Positions 1-13,357 of a stretch of 64,000 nt of DNA are shown piece after piece; positions within the stretch are counted from its first letter, which is position 1, and every line of letters starts with the position of its first letter. The position numbers were made by a program, and so were the translations under genes. Under the pieces are notes generated by a model. That model had not been told where the DNA came from. It worked only from the letters and a program-made list of their open reading frames with translations, and searched no databases. The stretch is taken from assembly GCA_047495785.1 (NCBI GenBank), contig JBLDXI010000015.1, positions 372,001 through 436,000 of the forward strand, given 5' to 3'. This DNA comes from Lepidodermella squamata. Taxonomy: Eukaryota > Animalia > Gastrotricha.

Positions 1-399
1 AGCTATCGATTGATATCAGATTGAATTCCGCGCGGAACTTCTGGAATTATGGTTTTTTGCCTCCTAAGCTAGCAAAACTTGAAAAACTTCGCGCTTTTGG
101 CCAAAAAGTTACCCTGACTGTTTCGCGTGGTCCTCGATCGGACTGCAATCGATAGCTCTTTATTACAGCAATTGATTACGGCAGTTGTAGATCCACAGTA
201 ACCCTTCAAGTATCGCCCATTAAAGCAAATAAAAAATATCGCTTATCCGGTGTAGAAAGCTGAAACCTAGAATCGCAGAATCGCCCGATTTAAGGAATTA
301 GTACTTAAATTAAAAAATACCTCATACAAATGCTCCCTATTTAACATACTCGAATTTAGACCGTTAGAATCATCGTTAATCATCGTTCATTTATATTTA

Positions 400-1872
400 A
401 TGATGGACGGCTTGGATGATGAAGTGTACCAAACCTCTCCACCAGATGCTACCAAGTGCAAGGTATGTGGTCTCTCGGTTAGGAAGCGGCACCGTTACCA
501 GCCTCGAATCTGCCACGCTTGCCATAAGTTTTTCCGGCGAAATGCGGAAAATTGGCGATCATTGAAATGCCGGCATAAATACGAGAATTCTGGTGAGCTT
601 CAAACAAACCGCGCTTTACGCCGATCTATGTGCACCAAATGCCGATTTCAGCGATGCCTAGATGCCGGAATGAAAAGTGAGTCCTAATACGTAATGGGTG
701 TGATTTTATTGATGGAAGACCGTAGTTGATGAACTAATATAGCCCTTAATTTAATTAATTTCTCTCCGCTCCCGAAACATTTGATTTCCCAACAATTATT
801 AGACAATATTATTCATTTTAGGCAAATTCCTCGCTGATGAATCCTTGGACATTTCCGCACAGATCGATAACAGTCCTCAAACAAAGGACGGCTCAAACTT
901 CGAAACGACGTTGAAACTAGCTATTGATACACAACTTCAGCTTCATGATCTTGAACACGTGAGTAATACTAGAGAAACCTCTGGGTTCTAGGTTATGTAA
1001 GTCCTTTCTCGTTCAGCTGCCGTTGCGGACGAACTCGGCTTTGGAGGCTGTTCTTCGCGATCGAACTAATTTGACCGATTTAATGTTCGACAACCTGCGT
1101 GCATTGATGCGGAAAGCACTGATGTTTTCAACCTTCATGCAACGTAAGCTCTCTTTCATTCAAGTTTCAGATTTTAGAGATAATGTTCACTTTAATTATT
1201 CCCAAACGATGATGCCCAATGTTATGTTTACATTTTAATTGTGTATGCTCCAGAGTCTTTCCAGTTAGATAAGTCTGAAGCCGCGGAATTGGTGTCTCGA
1301 AACTGGAAATTGATAACAATCGCATTCTCAGCTATGCCTGGGATATCAGGACGGTTTTTCGTGCACCCTGATTGCCTGCCACTGTTTCTCGATATGAATC
1401 CTGAATTTGTGGTAGAAGGCTTTTTAGAAATTCCTATCCAAACCTATTGCAATTCATTTCAGCCGGCTGCCCAAGCCGAGGAAGAGACCTCGAAAGCTTT
1501 TGCATCATGGAGCCCTACACTAATCGAGGCGGCTCTATTCACTTGTAAGCTATTCTTTCGCGGTTTGTGAATTCGCTTCAATAATATTCCATTTTAACCG
1601 AGAAAATCATTTTAGATTACAACGATGCTACAAAATCTTCGAAAGTAACAGAAGCTCAACAATATATTGACACTGCTTTCTCGGTGATGTGCTCAAAGCT
1701 GCATGGTCCTAACTCGGTTGAAGTCATGAAGCTAACGGCTGCTATCGAACAGTTGTGTTCTGTGACGGCATCTGTCACTGACCAATCCGGCGCGGCTGTT
1801 TGTAAGCGGCGAGGTGCTACAGCAACTAGAGAACAGCGAGAGCTCGCTAAATTGACATTCAACATTAAATAG
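400..1872 (+). CDS. Nuclear hormone receptor, paralog 1 (351 aa; exons 400-676, 822-958, 1017-1143, 1254-1411, 1463-1562, 1616-1872)
   Basis: DBD CKVC..CHACHKFFRR..C..CTKCRFQRCLDAGM; LBD-like signatures SFQLDKSEAAELVSRNW and PTLIEAALFTCKLFF; GT-AG introns join to 1056 nt in frame; AATAAA at ~1906. Confidence 0.9.
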
Positions 1873-2798
1873 TGTCGCCTATCAACAAATGAAGACTATA
1901 ATTCAATAAATTTGTGTGTTATGTATTATTTTATTGTCATGATTCCATCTCAAAATTGCTTTCAAAATTGCTTGCCTTTTCCAAGATTTGATTGCTTTCA
2001 ACGTGGCCTGCTGCTACTAGTTAGGACAATCACCTTTGAGTCAAGTTTACGCCAAGATGATGCCAATATGGAACATCGAACATCGAAACGTCGCAGCCGT
2101 TCATAATAATAAACAAGCTTACGAACTTCTTCGCGTTTTTGTTGTTCACAGTGCGCGATGTAGGATCCTGAAACGTACTAGATGAGAAATTTCAATCATC
2201 GGGTTTACTGGCTTTACTTATTATGATCATTTATGATCTTATCCATGCCATTTACCTATTATTTTCTCAGAATTCTCATTGAGAGGCGTTCAAAGCGGAT
2301 GAAAGAAGGTCGATAAATGAATATTGATCGATTTCATTGCCATTACCTAAAGCAATATAAAAGACTATAGAAAGCGACTTATGAATAATATTAAAAGCGA
2401 GTCGTCTCCACCAATTAATCTGCTAAACTAAATTTTCCAGCCCAAATATCCGCACACTCGAGTCTCAAGCTAAAGTGAGCGCAATCCACGAAATCGACGT
2501 CATCAGAATCTGAGAACAATATGAACTCTCATCGGAACGCAAAGCAGACCGCGGCCAAAATTGAAGTTTTTACTTTGTTGTGGTTAAAAATAGAGCAACC
2601 CCCAAAATGTCGATTTTATCGATGACGTAATCGAAGTCAGAGAACAATGTGATCTCTCGACGGAAGAGTATGAATCTCGCGGTCTGAATTCTGGTTTCGA
2701 AGGCAAAAAGTTGGAGAAAATTAGGACATTCAAAAGTAGGTAAATTCGAATGGAAACGAACCATCGAACGAAGTACTAGGTATTAGGTAAAGTGTAAC

Positions 2799-2964
2799 CA
2801 GTGTACCGATTACGGAGGGTAAGGCAAGGGGTAAGGGGGTAAACGAACCCCCCATGCGTTCGAAAATTTCTGAAGAACTTAAGGGTCCCCCTGTTGATTT
2901 GCAAATTTTGGGCTCAAAATGGCTCGATTTACCTCCCTCACCTAGTCACCTAGTCGTGTCACTG
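2799..2964. mobile_element. hAT-type MITE
   Basis: CAGTG...CACTG termini, perfect 8-bp TSD AGTGTAAC (2791-2798, 2965-2972); same family as 54297-54471 in the opposite orientation. Confidence 0.8.
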
Positions 2965-3784
2965 AGTGTAACAGTTGCGTTTGATGCTGTGCAACGCTAC
3001 AACACATAGAATCGTAATATAAAGCTTGTCTGCACCTATGAGAGTGATTGATAAATAAAAATGACATATGTTCGGGCTTTATAGTCTAAGAGGCCTGCGT
3101 GCCTATAAACCTAAGATTCACTAATAAAAATATTAAAAGGAGATGGAGTGTTTGACATTGCGACTAGCTCTGCTTTTTTCTCTCAAATTATTGTCAGTCC
3201 TACTCAGCTAATCCCGAATTGTCGAAAAAATTAGCTGTCACGTAAAACAATTGTAGAATTTTACAACCGGGTAAACCGGGTTTATTTTATAATTTTTCCT
3301 CCCTATTCGCTATTTCTTGTTTTTAATCTTTGTTCTGTATTATATCGGTAAAAGAAGGAAACTATAAAATAAAGATAATGTTATGTTGTTATTTAACACA
3401 TTTGAGCTTATTTCCAATTTATATTCCATTATTCCGGTTAAATTTCGGTAGATCCGTTTTATAGAGAATCTCGGGTGACATTTCACATTCACCATAATGA
3501 TAGGCTTATGCGGTTTTGAGAGCTTATTTCAAGAATCACTGATATTCTTATTGAATAATGTTATATTCACGTATTTTGTATGTTTCCTGAATCGAATGAC
3601 AAATCGAAATTGTTGAAAATGTTAGGGAAAATTACATTTTGGAATTTACTGGAGAAGTTGGAAGTTGGCCGAACTCGGCCGAAGATGCCATCTTCCCTTC
3701 ACTTTTATTCTAGAAATAAAATGAAATATGCGATAATAATTTGATCCAATTCCTTAAAATGGCCTGGCCGAAAAGCTGTTATTC

Positions 3785-3998
3785 GGGGGTTTTCCGCTTT
3801 TTAAGTTCCGCTATTTCGTTTCCGCTACATTTATTCCGCCCGCCAACGACCATGTCCGCTATTGCGTTTTCCGCTATTGGCATTTCCGCTGCAAAATGAG
3901 TTTCGACATACATTTCCGCTATGACACACCGCTATCGAGAGTTCCGCCAACTGACAGTTCCGCTATGCACGTTTTCCGCCTAGGTGATTTTTCAGCCC
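3785..3998. repeat. Array of TTCCGCT-core repeats (~15-bp period), probably one arm of a DNA transposon
   Basis: About a dozen TCCGC(T) cores at near-regular spacing; no partner arm found. Confidence 0.55.
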
Positions 3999-4297
3999 TG
4001 CATTCCAGATCATTTCAACAAACAAGACACTGAAAAAGGCTGCGTGTTGTAAGGTCTTAAGTTTAAAAAACGTGAAATCAAAAGTGTTGTGGAGACATAC
4101 CACGCGCGGCACAGCATCATCGCGAGAGGTGAAAATGTTTAATTATTTTTTTCAATTTTCAAATATTTTTTGTCGACGCCGAAGAAAATGCGAAAAATGA
4201 CGCCGAAACCGATGCAAACGAAGAAGATGAAATCGGAATTAAGTGATAATAGACAAGTTACATTTGAAAAAAAATCGTTTTTTGGCTAAGAGAGGAA

Positions 4298-4410
4298 AAT
4301 AAAGGCCGCACGCGAATAAAGACCGCACTCGATTAATCGCCGCGTTTTTTTACCTTTTCTGAAAAATTAGGAAAATAATCGCCGCGGCCTTTATTCGAGT
4401 AAATACGGTA
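4298..4410. mobile_element. Terminal fragment of a Tc1/mariner-pogo-type MITE
   Basis: Ends ...GCGGCCTTTATTCGAGTAAATACGG-TA with internal CGAATAAAG(G/A)CCGC repeats; only one end seen. Confidence 0.5.
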
Positions 4411-5224
4411 TGTAGCATCTTGATGGGGATCCAGCTTGTTTTTAGGGTTATTCAGATCATACAATTAGAAACGCAATGATTCCCTTTTTAGAATATCTCT
4501 CCCTGCAGTACTCTCATCTCCCCATTCTGTCCTGTTCGCACTTTCACTAATAACATGCGACAGGCTAACATTATTCCATTAGAGTGTTTGCGTGTGTCCC
4601 GATCGATTGTTCGACTCAAATTTAAGAATACGCATCTTGTTCAAAGGAACACATTTTCTATCGTTGACTATTAACGGGAAAATTTGTCATCAATCGACCA
4701 ATGAAAGGTGCCATCGTCAGCTTTCTACTAAGTACATATTTTGCACACACACAAAAACAAATTTGTGGCTCGGCTATGATATTTCTCTCATTGAGATGAC
4801 TCCAGATGTCGAAATCGCTGCTAGCTTTCTCTAACATTTCGAGAGTGAAGCTTTCATGGGGCCTTGCTAAAACAACAGACTAGGGGATCGGGAATACTAA
4901 GCCATAGATCCTGAAATGCCTGAAGGTACCAATCTCGGAGGTTTTCATGTGCTAGAATCTGAAGATAAGATTTGTTGGTTTTCTTATTTAAAAATCAGCG
5001 ATTTTAACACCTTCTTTATCCATTTATTTTCGAAATCTTGCAGTATTGTTTCATGCTTTTCCTGAGTTTTCATGCTTAAGTTGCTCAAGACACCATTTTT
5101 CTCTAATTCAGATTCTAAAGTCTACGATTCTAAAAATCTTTGACAGTCCCGCAAGGCGTCAATTAATTTTATCAGAATGAACCCGTCTTAAATCAAGATT
5201 CTAAACAAATTACTCATCTCTAGA

Positions 5225-7408
5225 ATGTCTTGTCAATACAAGGAAGTTACTTCTTCGTCGAATGCGCCGGATTGTAAGGTATGTGGCCTAGCTGTGGCAA
5301 AGCGGCGACATTATCAGCCAACCGTCTGCCAAGCGTGCCAGAAGTTTTTCCGTCGGAAAGTGGAGAATTGGCACACCTTGGAATGCCGCCATGACTACTC
5401 AGATTTCGGCGAGCGGCCTAACAACATTAAACTCCGCCGCTTCATGTGCTCGAAATGCAGATTCGAGCGCTGCATTATAGCTGGAATGAAAAGTGAGCCC
5501 TGCAAATATATATGGCAGATTTAAATTCGCTTTTTTCGTTACCTATCCATGTACTTACGTCTTATGTACTTACGGCTATTCAGGCAAATATTTGGCAGAT
5601 GGATCCTTGGATTTTCCCACGCGAATCGAACGCAGTCTGCAACTAGTTGACGGTTCTAAAGTTGAGCAGACGTTACGTCTAGCTATAGAAGCACAACTTC
5701 AACTACACGACCTTGACCACGTAATTGTTTTGTCCTTTTTCACATACCAATGAACCCAATATTGTCGTTAGCGACGCGCCAAAACAACCACTTTACTGTT
5801 AATAGATTGTTTTGGAAAGTTATTCGTCCATTAAACGTAAATTCAAATTACGATAAGTAAGATTAGTGCTCAAATAAGCCGAACGTACTTCTTCTTAACG
5901 TTCGGCTCGTCAATGTACCATCGAATGAGTCATCAAAGTGGTTGTTTTGGCGCGTCGATAACGATATATGCCTTCTTGCACAGCTGCCGCTGAGAACTAT
6001 GGCGGATGCTGCTGCCCTGCGTGATCGCAGTTACTTAAACGGTCTCATGTACGGCACCCTAGCCGGTATGATGAGGATGAACGTGATTTTCTCCAGATTC
6101 ATGCAACGTAAGGCTTTTTAGTTTGCTTTCTAATAAATTATTCCTGGTACATATCCCGACGATAAACAGTCATTAGGAATTAGGAATAGACGGAAGTTTT
6201 CAACCTGTCGCTTCTACCAATGTGCAATGTGCATAATTGTCATTTACGCTCTCTCATTGGGTACATATTTCTCGTCATTTGTTTATAACCAGTTTAACAA
6301 GTTGAGTAAATGTGGGTTGTCATTTCCCGAGATAGACAGATACAAGAGCAAATTACCAAAAATTATTATTTTAGAGCGGATATTACTATTTCTGAGCTGA
6401 GGCCATGTCTTTGTTGACTCGGCTTAGAATTAAGGCCAGGGCTGATAGTCGTAAGTGACTGTTTCAAAAAATGGACTTAACTCTGATTAAACATCGTTCC
6501 CGTTTCAGAGTCGTTCGGATTGAATGAATTCGAAGATATTGATTCGATGTCTCAGAACTGGGGGCTGATAATGAACGCATATGCTGCTTTGCCCGGAACG
6601 TCGTCGCGTCTATACGTGCATCCCGACTGCATACATGTTTTCCTTGAAATGAATCCCGATTTCTTGGTGAAATTTCTCACTTATCTGTTATGAATTAATT
6701 GCTTCTCTCGATTTCAGCCAGCTGCTCGAGCGGAAGAAGCGACCTCCAATGCAATGGCAGTGTGGAATCCTACGCTGATCGAAGCCGCTCTGTTCACCTG
6801 CAGGCTCTTTTTCCGAGGTACACAAATATAACGAAGTTCATAGTGAACGTAGTGATCTATAACTCACGTTCTCTACGACGAAGTTAAACTATTAGGAAAT
6901 CTGCGCGACTGATTCCAATTGAAAATCAGATATAAGAAGGAAATGTCACGATTTCCAAAACGCAAGATTTTCTCCTAATTTTTCCCAACGTTTTTCAAAT
7001 TGGAAGCGTCCTGCTCTCTGCTAATACCAACATTTCCCAAGCACCTGGTGCCTGGTTTTTTCCATGTTTTCAGGCTATAGGCTGGCTGATACCAAACCTA
7101 TGAAAACTCGGGGAAATTCATGATTCTTCAATGCCTGTTATTTTCTCCCGTTAGGTTGTACCGATTCAAGAGTGTCGTGGAAAATAATGGAAGCTCAACA
7201 AAGCATTGAGACAGCTTTCTTAATGATGAGCTCAAAGCTTCATGGGGGAAATACGGAAAAAGTCATGCAGCAGCTGGCTGCAGTCGAGAATTCAATATCA
7301 GTCGCAGCCTGCGTCATCAATCGAAGCGGCGGAGCTGTTGCAAGGCGTCTAAGACCTACGGCGACCAGCGAAGAACTGGAAATAGTAAAATTGAGGTTCA
7401 ACCATTAA
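5225..7408 (+). CDS. Nuclear hormone receptor, paralog 2 (6 exons, same intron positions)
   Basis: DBD CKVC..CQACQKFFRR..CSKCRFERC..GM; exons encoding QLQLHDLDH, LPLRTMA, VHPDC, PTLIEAALF, KLHG match paralog 1 and splice in frame. Confidence 0.88.
5765..5964. mobile_element. MITE in intron 2 of NHR paralog 2
   Basis: 30-bp TIR TCGTTAGCGACGCGCCAAAACAACCACTTT with one mismatch; the homologous intron is ~55 bp in the other paralogs. Confidence 0.75.
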
Positions 7409-8928
7409 TTTTACCTTGCGGATCGTTAAGAGACTTGCAGATCACCTAAATGTTAACTGTCTTGAAAAAAATTGTGGATTCCATCCTCAGGTCAACCTAA
7501 TATGTATAAAATTGCTCGCTATCATGATTAATTCCAACTCGGGCACAAACGAAGCAATTATATATGAATGACTGTGCGGAGTAGGATCCTCCAGCTTTCG
7601 GTTTATTTTTCGGCCCCGAATTTTATGGTGGCCTACAAATTTAAGTCCGTATAATAAATATGGACCCGTTCAAAAATTGCGCATACAGAGAATGATGCAA
7701 TGAATCGACAAGAGTTTCGGCTTAAGAGTTTCCGCAAATTCGACCAGGATTCTCAGGGCACTGATCACAAAATCGGGTTACTTACCCTCCGAACCTCAAA
7801 GTGCGCCCTGTCCGGTTATCAATAATTTTGTTGACGATTTTCTAAATCACGCGGCAAGTAAAAACATATCAACAATCGAGGATCCCGCCTCTTACTCTGT
7901 AAAAAATCAAAATTTATTATTTTCTGCATGAGCTGATCGGCTTTTATTATGAAGGTTACAAAGTGTTTGTTTAGTGCTGTTGTTTTCAAAATATCATTTA
8001 TTGATATTTTTTGTTCAAATTTATGTCTTATTTCATTTCTATTCGAGGCTGCTAGAAAGGCCGCGTAACCGTCCTCGGAGCAATTGTGTTATCAATCACA
8101 ATCACAATGCGATTTAAATGCAGTAAAGGCAATGACTCATCAACATGTTTATTGTTGATACTATGAAAGTTCTAGATCCGTCGCTAGTTTTATGGGGACA
8201 TCGAAGTAACGCCTCTTCGTGCTTGCGTGCATGCTACGCAGTCGTCGCTGAACATTATCTCACATGTCAGGCTTAGGCCTAAGACATAAATTATGTCATG
8301 CAAGTACTCATGTCAGCAGTAGTAATAATGATCGAATTTCGCAGCAGTTGCTTTGAGTTTAAAGTTCCCTAACGTCCGAATGTGCCATACATTTGAAGTA
8401 TCAAATCAATAACTTGCTTTAGATTCTCATTTTGGGAAATATTTGTACCTAGTTTACAACGCTTCGAATGTATGCAATGTATACCTCGGTATTACAGCGG
8501 CATGCCCTGCAGCCTGCATATACGGGGCTACATCAAGTTTCATCCAAGTTGTAAGCAAACAAGATTAAGAGAGATTGAGGTGAAAAGCACATTTTCATCT
8601 CTGCGCACGTTTTTGCTGATGACGGCATGAGCATTGGAATCAGATCGTCTCTCTATTAGGCCCTGCCTTTAAATACTTCGAATGCCTTGCAATAGCCCTT
8701 AGCTCTCCTCTCTTTTAAATAGATCCTCCCTTCTTATCAGATCCTCAATTATATTCCGGTATATTGACGGTCGAGGCTAATTATGTTCGTATTTTGAGGG
8801 AAGCGACCCGCCGACCGAAACTAAATAAAGAAAAGCGCATTCAACGGCACTACTATGCGAGAAAACCTCAGTAGCCTTGTTAAATGCATCGCTTCTTTTT
8901 CTCACAACTTTAGACTATCTAGAGGCGA

Positions 8929-11436
8929 ATGGATTTTAAGCACGACAAGGTATTCAAAGCCAATGAAACGAATGGAGCGTCTTCGCGAAATGCACCAACG
9001 TGCAAGGTATGCAGCCTTGCGGTGCCAAGGCGGCGCCATTGCCAACCGCGTGTCTGCCACGCTTGCCAGAAGTTTTTCCGTCGGAATGCGGAACATTGGC
9101 GATCCCTGGAATGCTATCATACACAATCGAATTCTGACGACAAGTTGCCAACAAACTATACCCTCCGCCGCATCGTGTGTCCGAAATGCAGATTCCAGCG
9201 CTGCATCGCCGTGGGAATGAAAAGTAAGCCCCGCAAAACGATTACTCGAAAAATGGAGGTGTTTGAAGTGAAAATCTCATTTGATTAATTTGACAGTCAT
9301 TTGACAGTCTGTCTGAGATTGGTCAAATTTCAAAGTAAACATTTTAGAAATAAATGTAGACAACTCTAGAGAATGGAATTCGGCTTGAAATGGGATGAGC
9401 ATTACCCAAAAATGTCCCCCCCCCTCCATGACGCTCAGGGAATCCTTCTCTGGAGTTGCATCTGTGTCTCCTGCTTCAATTACTTACAGGCAAATTTTAT
9501 TCGGGCAAGCCTTTTGATTGCGGCTCTTCTATCGAGTGCAGTCCACGGCTATTCGATGGTCTGAACCTCGAAAATACATTGAGGCTAGCTATAGACGCGC
9601 AACTTCAGCTTCACGATCTTGAGCATGTACGTTTTATTTGATATACTTGTCTTCATTGAATCGCTTTCTTGAACAGCTGCCGATGAGAACGATGTCAGAA
9701 CCCGAAATCATACGCGATCGCACCTGTTTGAATCACCTCATGTTCGGTCACATTGCCGCTTTAATGACGAAAAATCAGCTTTTCTCGAAATTCATGCAAA
9801 GTAAGCCTAGAAGTAGTAGCAGTCCACATGTGAAGTCCTTTAATCCTTTAATCCTAATCACATTGCAGCAACCACCGCTGCATTCCGGATGTAAAAAAAT
9901 CCCAAAAGCGGAAATTCGCTATTTGGCCAGTGCTTCTCAACCTTTTTCCATTTTGGGCCATTTTTTAACTCATTTTCCATCCCTGCGGGCCGCATGACTT
10001 CGGCCCTCGCCGGCGGGCCGCTACCACTGTATTGTAAGAACACAGCGGGCCGCATGTTCATGATGTGAGCGAAATTAAACAGATATTAATGCTGTTCAGT
10101 CGCTAGTTTCATTGCAATTTAAAACACAAAAAATTTAACAAAAATTGGGCAATCACGAGTAAATTATCAAGTAAGTATCTAGTTTTATGAGCAATTTTTA
10201 TGAGCTAACAATGTCATTTCCGCTCATCGCAAAAAAAAGAAACTAGAAAATCATAACTGGAATTTATTTACGCAAAATATTCAAGAACGGGCCTCGAGGC
10301 TTGAGGGCATTTGAAAAAATGGATTAGAGTGAATGGACGAATAAGGGAAGGAGTGGCTTTAGTGGCATTAGTGGTGTGGTATATAAACTGCGTTAAGTTC
10401 AGTGGCGTAGCCAGGATTTTTGTTTGGGGGTGACAATTTTTCACCCTCGACCTCGAATCAATTCGCGAGCGAAGCGAGCTTTAACTGACGCTTTTTTGGG
10501 CATTTTCAACCCGAAAATGGGCTTAAAATGCATCAAAATAGGGATGATTCATAGGAACCTTGTACTTGGACTTCCGGGCATCGCTTGGACCTTAAAGCTA
10601 TTTAAAAATGACTGATAACAAGGCTTTGCGGGCCGCACCCAATACAAGTTACCTAGTTGAGTGCCGGGCCGAAAAATGAAGGTTGAGAAGCACTGTTTTT
10701 GGCCATAAAAACATGGCGGGTTTCTGTTGTAAAGTTATATGACCATTTATTTGATCATGGCTCAGTAATTGGGCTGGCAAATTCGACATATTAAAACACT
10801 GTTTTCGTTTCAGAGTCTTTCGCATTGGATGATGCCGAGGCTGGAAATTTGCTATCTCGAAACTGGAAGCTGATAACTATTGCATTCTCAGCTATGCCAA
10901 GCAGTTCAGCGCGCCTTCACATTCATCCCGACTGCCTGAATGTTTTCCTTGATATATATCCGGATTTTTCGGTAAATTTTTTCAAGCCAATGCCGTTCTC
11001 GACTAATTTCATCTATGATTTTCAGCCAGCTGCTCAGGCCGAAGAAGAGACTTCAAGAGCGTTGGCAGTTTGGAATCCAACACTGATTGAAGCCGCTCTG
11101 TTTACTTGCAAGCTATTTGTTAGAGGTTAGCGAATTCATGAAGCATCAACCTTTTCCGTTCTATATTCGTTTCTTGCAGGTTTCGCAGAATCTGGGAATT
11201 CCCCAGCATTGAAGAATGCTCACGAAAGCATCAGGACAGCGTTCTTAGCGACGTGCTTGAAGTTGCATGGCGCGAACTCGGCGAAAGTCATGCGGCAAGT
11301 AGCCGCTGTCGAGAATTTGATCTCAATTACAGCGCGCGTCATTGACCAAAGCGGCGCGGCTGTTGCCCGGAAGCGGCTGATAACGGCCAGTGTGGAAGAA
11401 TCCGAACTAGCGAAATTGACATTCAACGTGAAGTGA
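8929..11436 (+). CDS. Nuclear hormone receptor, paralog 3 (6 exons)
   Basis: DBD CKVC..CHACQKFFRR..CPKCRFQRC..GM; LBD exons homologous to paralog 1; ends LAKLTFNVK-TGA. Confidence 0.88.
9928..10695. mobile_element. Non-autonomous hAT (Charlie-like) element in intron 3 of NHR paralog 3
   Basis: TIR CAGTGCTTCTCAACCTT / AAGGTTGAGAAGCACTG; 8-bp TSD TATTTGGC/TTTTTGGC; GCGGGCCGC subterminal motifs; nested CAGTGGCGTAGCCAGG-type fragment at ~10400. Confidence 0.8.
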
Positions 11437-11948
11437 ACAGCAAATTGTGTGCTGTGTGCTTGTTTGAAGCTTTGATTTTCTAGCTCAGATTCACCGTCGT
11501 TAACCTTAAGAATTGATGAAACAAATCCGAATTAAAACCGGAATTGAAAAGGCCTTCAATCTGTGTATTGAAAATTACTATGAGAAATGTATTTATTCAC
11601 TGGGTAGAATTGATGTACTCTGAAATCATATGAATAATTGTACAAGCAAGTAATTGAAAATGTCGCTTGGCAAGTGAGCTGAAAGACTTGATTGATTGAT
11701 GGCAGATAATCTGGTGCAGAATCCGAGGGGGAAACTTTCGAGGATAACTTGCCTCGCTAATGCTTTCGAATCTCTGCGAAAATCGCTTGGAATTCACACC
11801 GTAAGATTTCCCTGAGCTCATCCTTCTCTTCTTTTCGAAGCGTGGAAGAATTCAAGGTAATACATGGTTAGTACTTGGAAGAATTTGGTTAGTATTACAA
11901 GGTAATACTTGGAAGAATTCAAGGAAGAATACGGATCGATAATATATG

Positions 11949-12805
11949 TGTCGTAGTTTAAAGAGCAATCAGTCCAATCGACAATTGAACTAGTTCAATC
12001 GACAATCCGAAGATAAACTGAGAATAAACTAAGTTATTGTCGATAAAACTAGTTTAATCGCAATAAACTAGTTTAAGGAGCAATCAATGTTATTAAACTA
12101 GTTTAATGAGCAATAATATTTTTAAACTGGTTTAAGCAGCAATCAATAGCATTTTCAAACTAGTTCAATCGGCAATTAGGTAAAACTCGGTAAATCTGCG
12201 ATTTAAATATTTTATTTGCCAAACACAATCTTCACGACATGGACAGCTGCCATCGCAGCCACGCTTACATCCACACTTGCTTCTGTATGTTGTTGTGGAC
12301 CGCAGAGCGGCGGTGACCGAGACTTTCTCAGATGGTACCAACCAATCTTCGACCAGCGACATGGCACCTCGAAATACATAAAGTTCATGTAGACCAAAAG
12401 TTGAGTCGATGGTGCCGCAACGCATACCCAATGTTGCTTGTATGTTGTCAATAGCCATGACCTGAGCGATGCAATTCTTTGGGTCGGTATTTGTACGGTC
12501 TTCCTTGCCGATCGGAATGACAACGAAATCGCCAACTTTGGGCTCTTCCCGCACCTTCAACTTCGCTTCCATGGCGAAAGGAGCACGTGCTGGCCTATTT
12601 TTTCTCTTTATTTTATATTAACCTAGATATTGCTAGGTTATTGCTGCTTAACCTAGTTTTTCCTTGTTATTGTCGATTGAACTAGTTTTTTCTGTTAGAA
12701 TAAACTAGTTCAATCGACAATATCAGGAAAAACCAGTTCAATCAGCAATTGTCGATTGAACTAGTTCAATTGTCGATTGGACTGATTGCTCTTTAAACTA
12801 CGACA
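11949..12805 (-). mobile_element. Internally deleted Ginger-like DNA transposon retaining the transposase C-terminus (ORF 12165-12572)
   Basis: ~55-bp TIRs starting TGTCGTAGTTTAAAGAGCAATCAG, TGT..ACA ends, 4-bp TSD TATG on both sides; ORF KVGDFVVIP..DRTNTDPKN..CGCKRGC..CPC resembles KRBA2/SCAND3-type integrase C-termini. Confidence 0.8.
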
Positions 12806-12811
12806 TATGGA

Positions 12812-13357
12812 TTAACAGAAAATTATCTCCGATTCAGGAGAAGTCAAAAGTTGCTTTGCAAGTTGGAAATTCCCAGCATCAATCGCGTGATTCAGAGCGC
12901 TGCGGCCGCTGCTTGATACCATTTTAAGCAATGAAGATCCTAGCTCCAGATTGATCAAACGAGAAACTAGTTCCTTTCTGTCATTTTTGCAAGCGTAATG
13001 TAGAATCGTCATTCCACTGCCGTCCTCCGCTTCCAATACATCAGATTCGAAGGAGACTCATGTATAAATTGTCGTCGAAGCTGTTGATGAAAGCCGTTGT
13101 CAATCTTCCTTTCACTCCGATATTGACAAGGCTGTGCGCGAGGGCCTTGTCATAGTAAAGGGCGACCAACATCATATCTCCTTGTTGACTCCCCATGCAG
13201 AAGTTGTTGCCAATGATTTTTGGTAAAAATGAGCAGTTTTGGATCTCGCGGTAAATATTGTTGGCCATTTTAGGGATGCTTTTTGAAAGTAAGTATACAA
13301 AACAGCTTGTGCGCTATAATCGCTGCGGGAATAAAAAGCCCGGATGTATTCATGCAC
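12812..13357 (-). pseudogene. Ankyrin-repeat gene remnant abutting the Ginger-like insertion
   Basis: Two ankyrin-like repeats (GMTILHYAC..LVSRLI; GRSALNHAIDAGNFQLAKQLL) at 12812-13036; upstream pieces lie in other frames with no obvious introns. Confidence 0.55.

Noticed and set aside
11980-12170. CRISPR-like spaced repeats (also 3785-3998 and 22901-23132)
   Set aside because: Eukaryotic context, short degenerate cores, irregular spacing, no cas genes; mirrored inside TIR elements at 11980-12170 and 22901-23132
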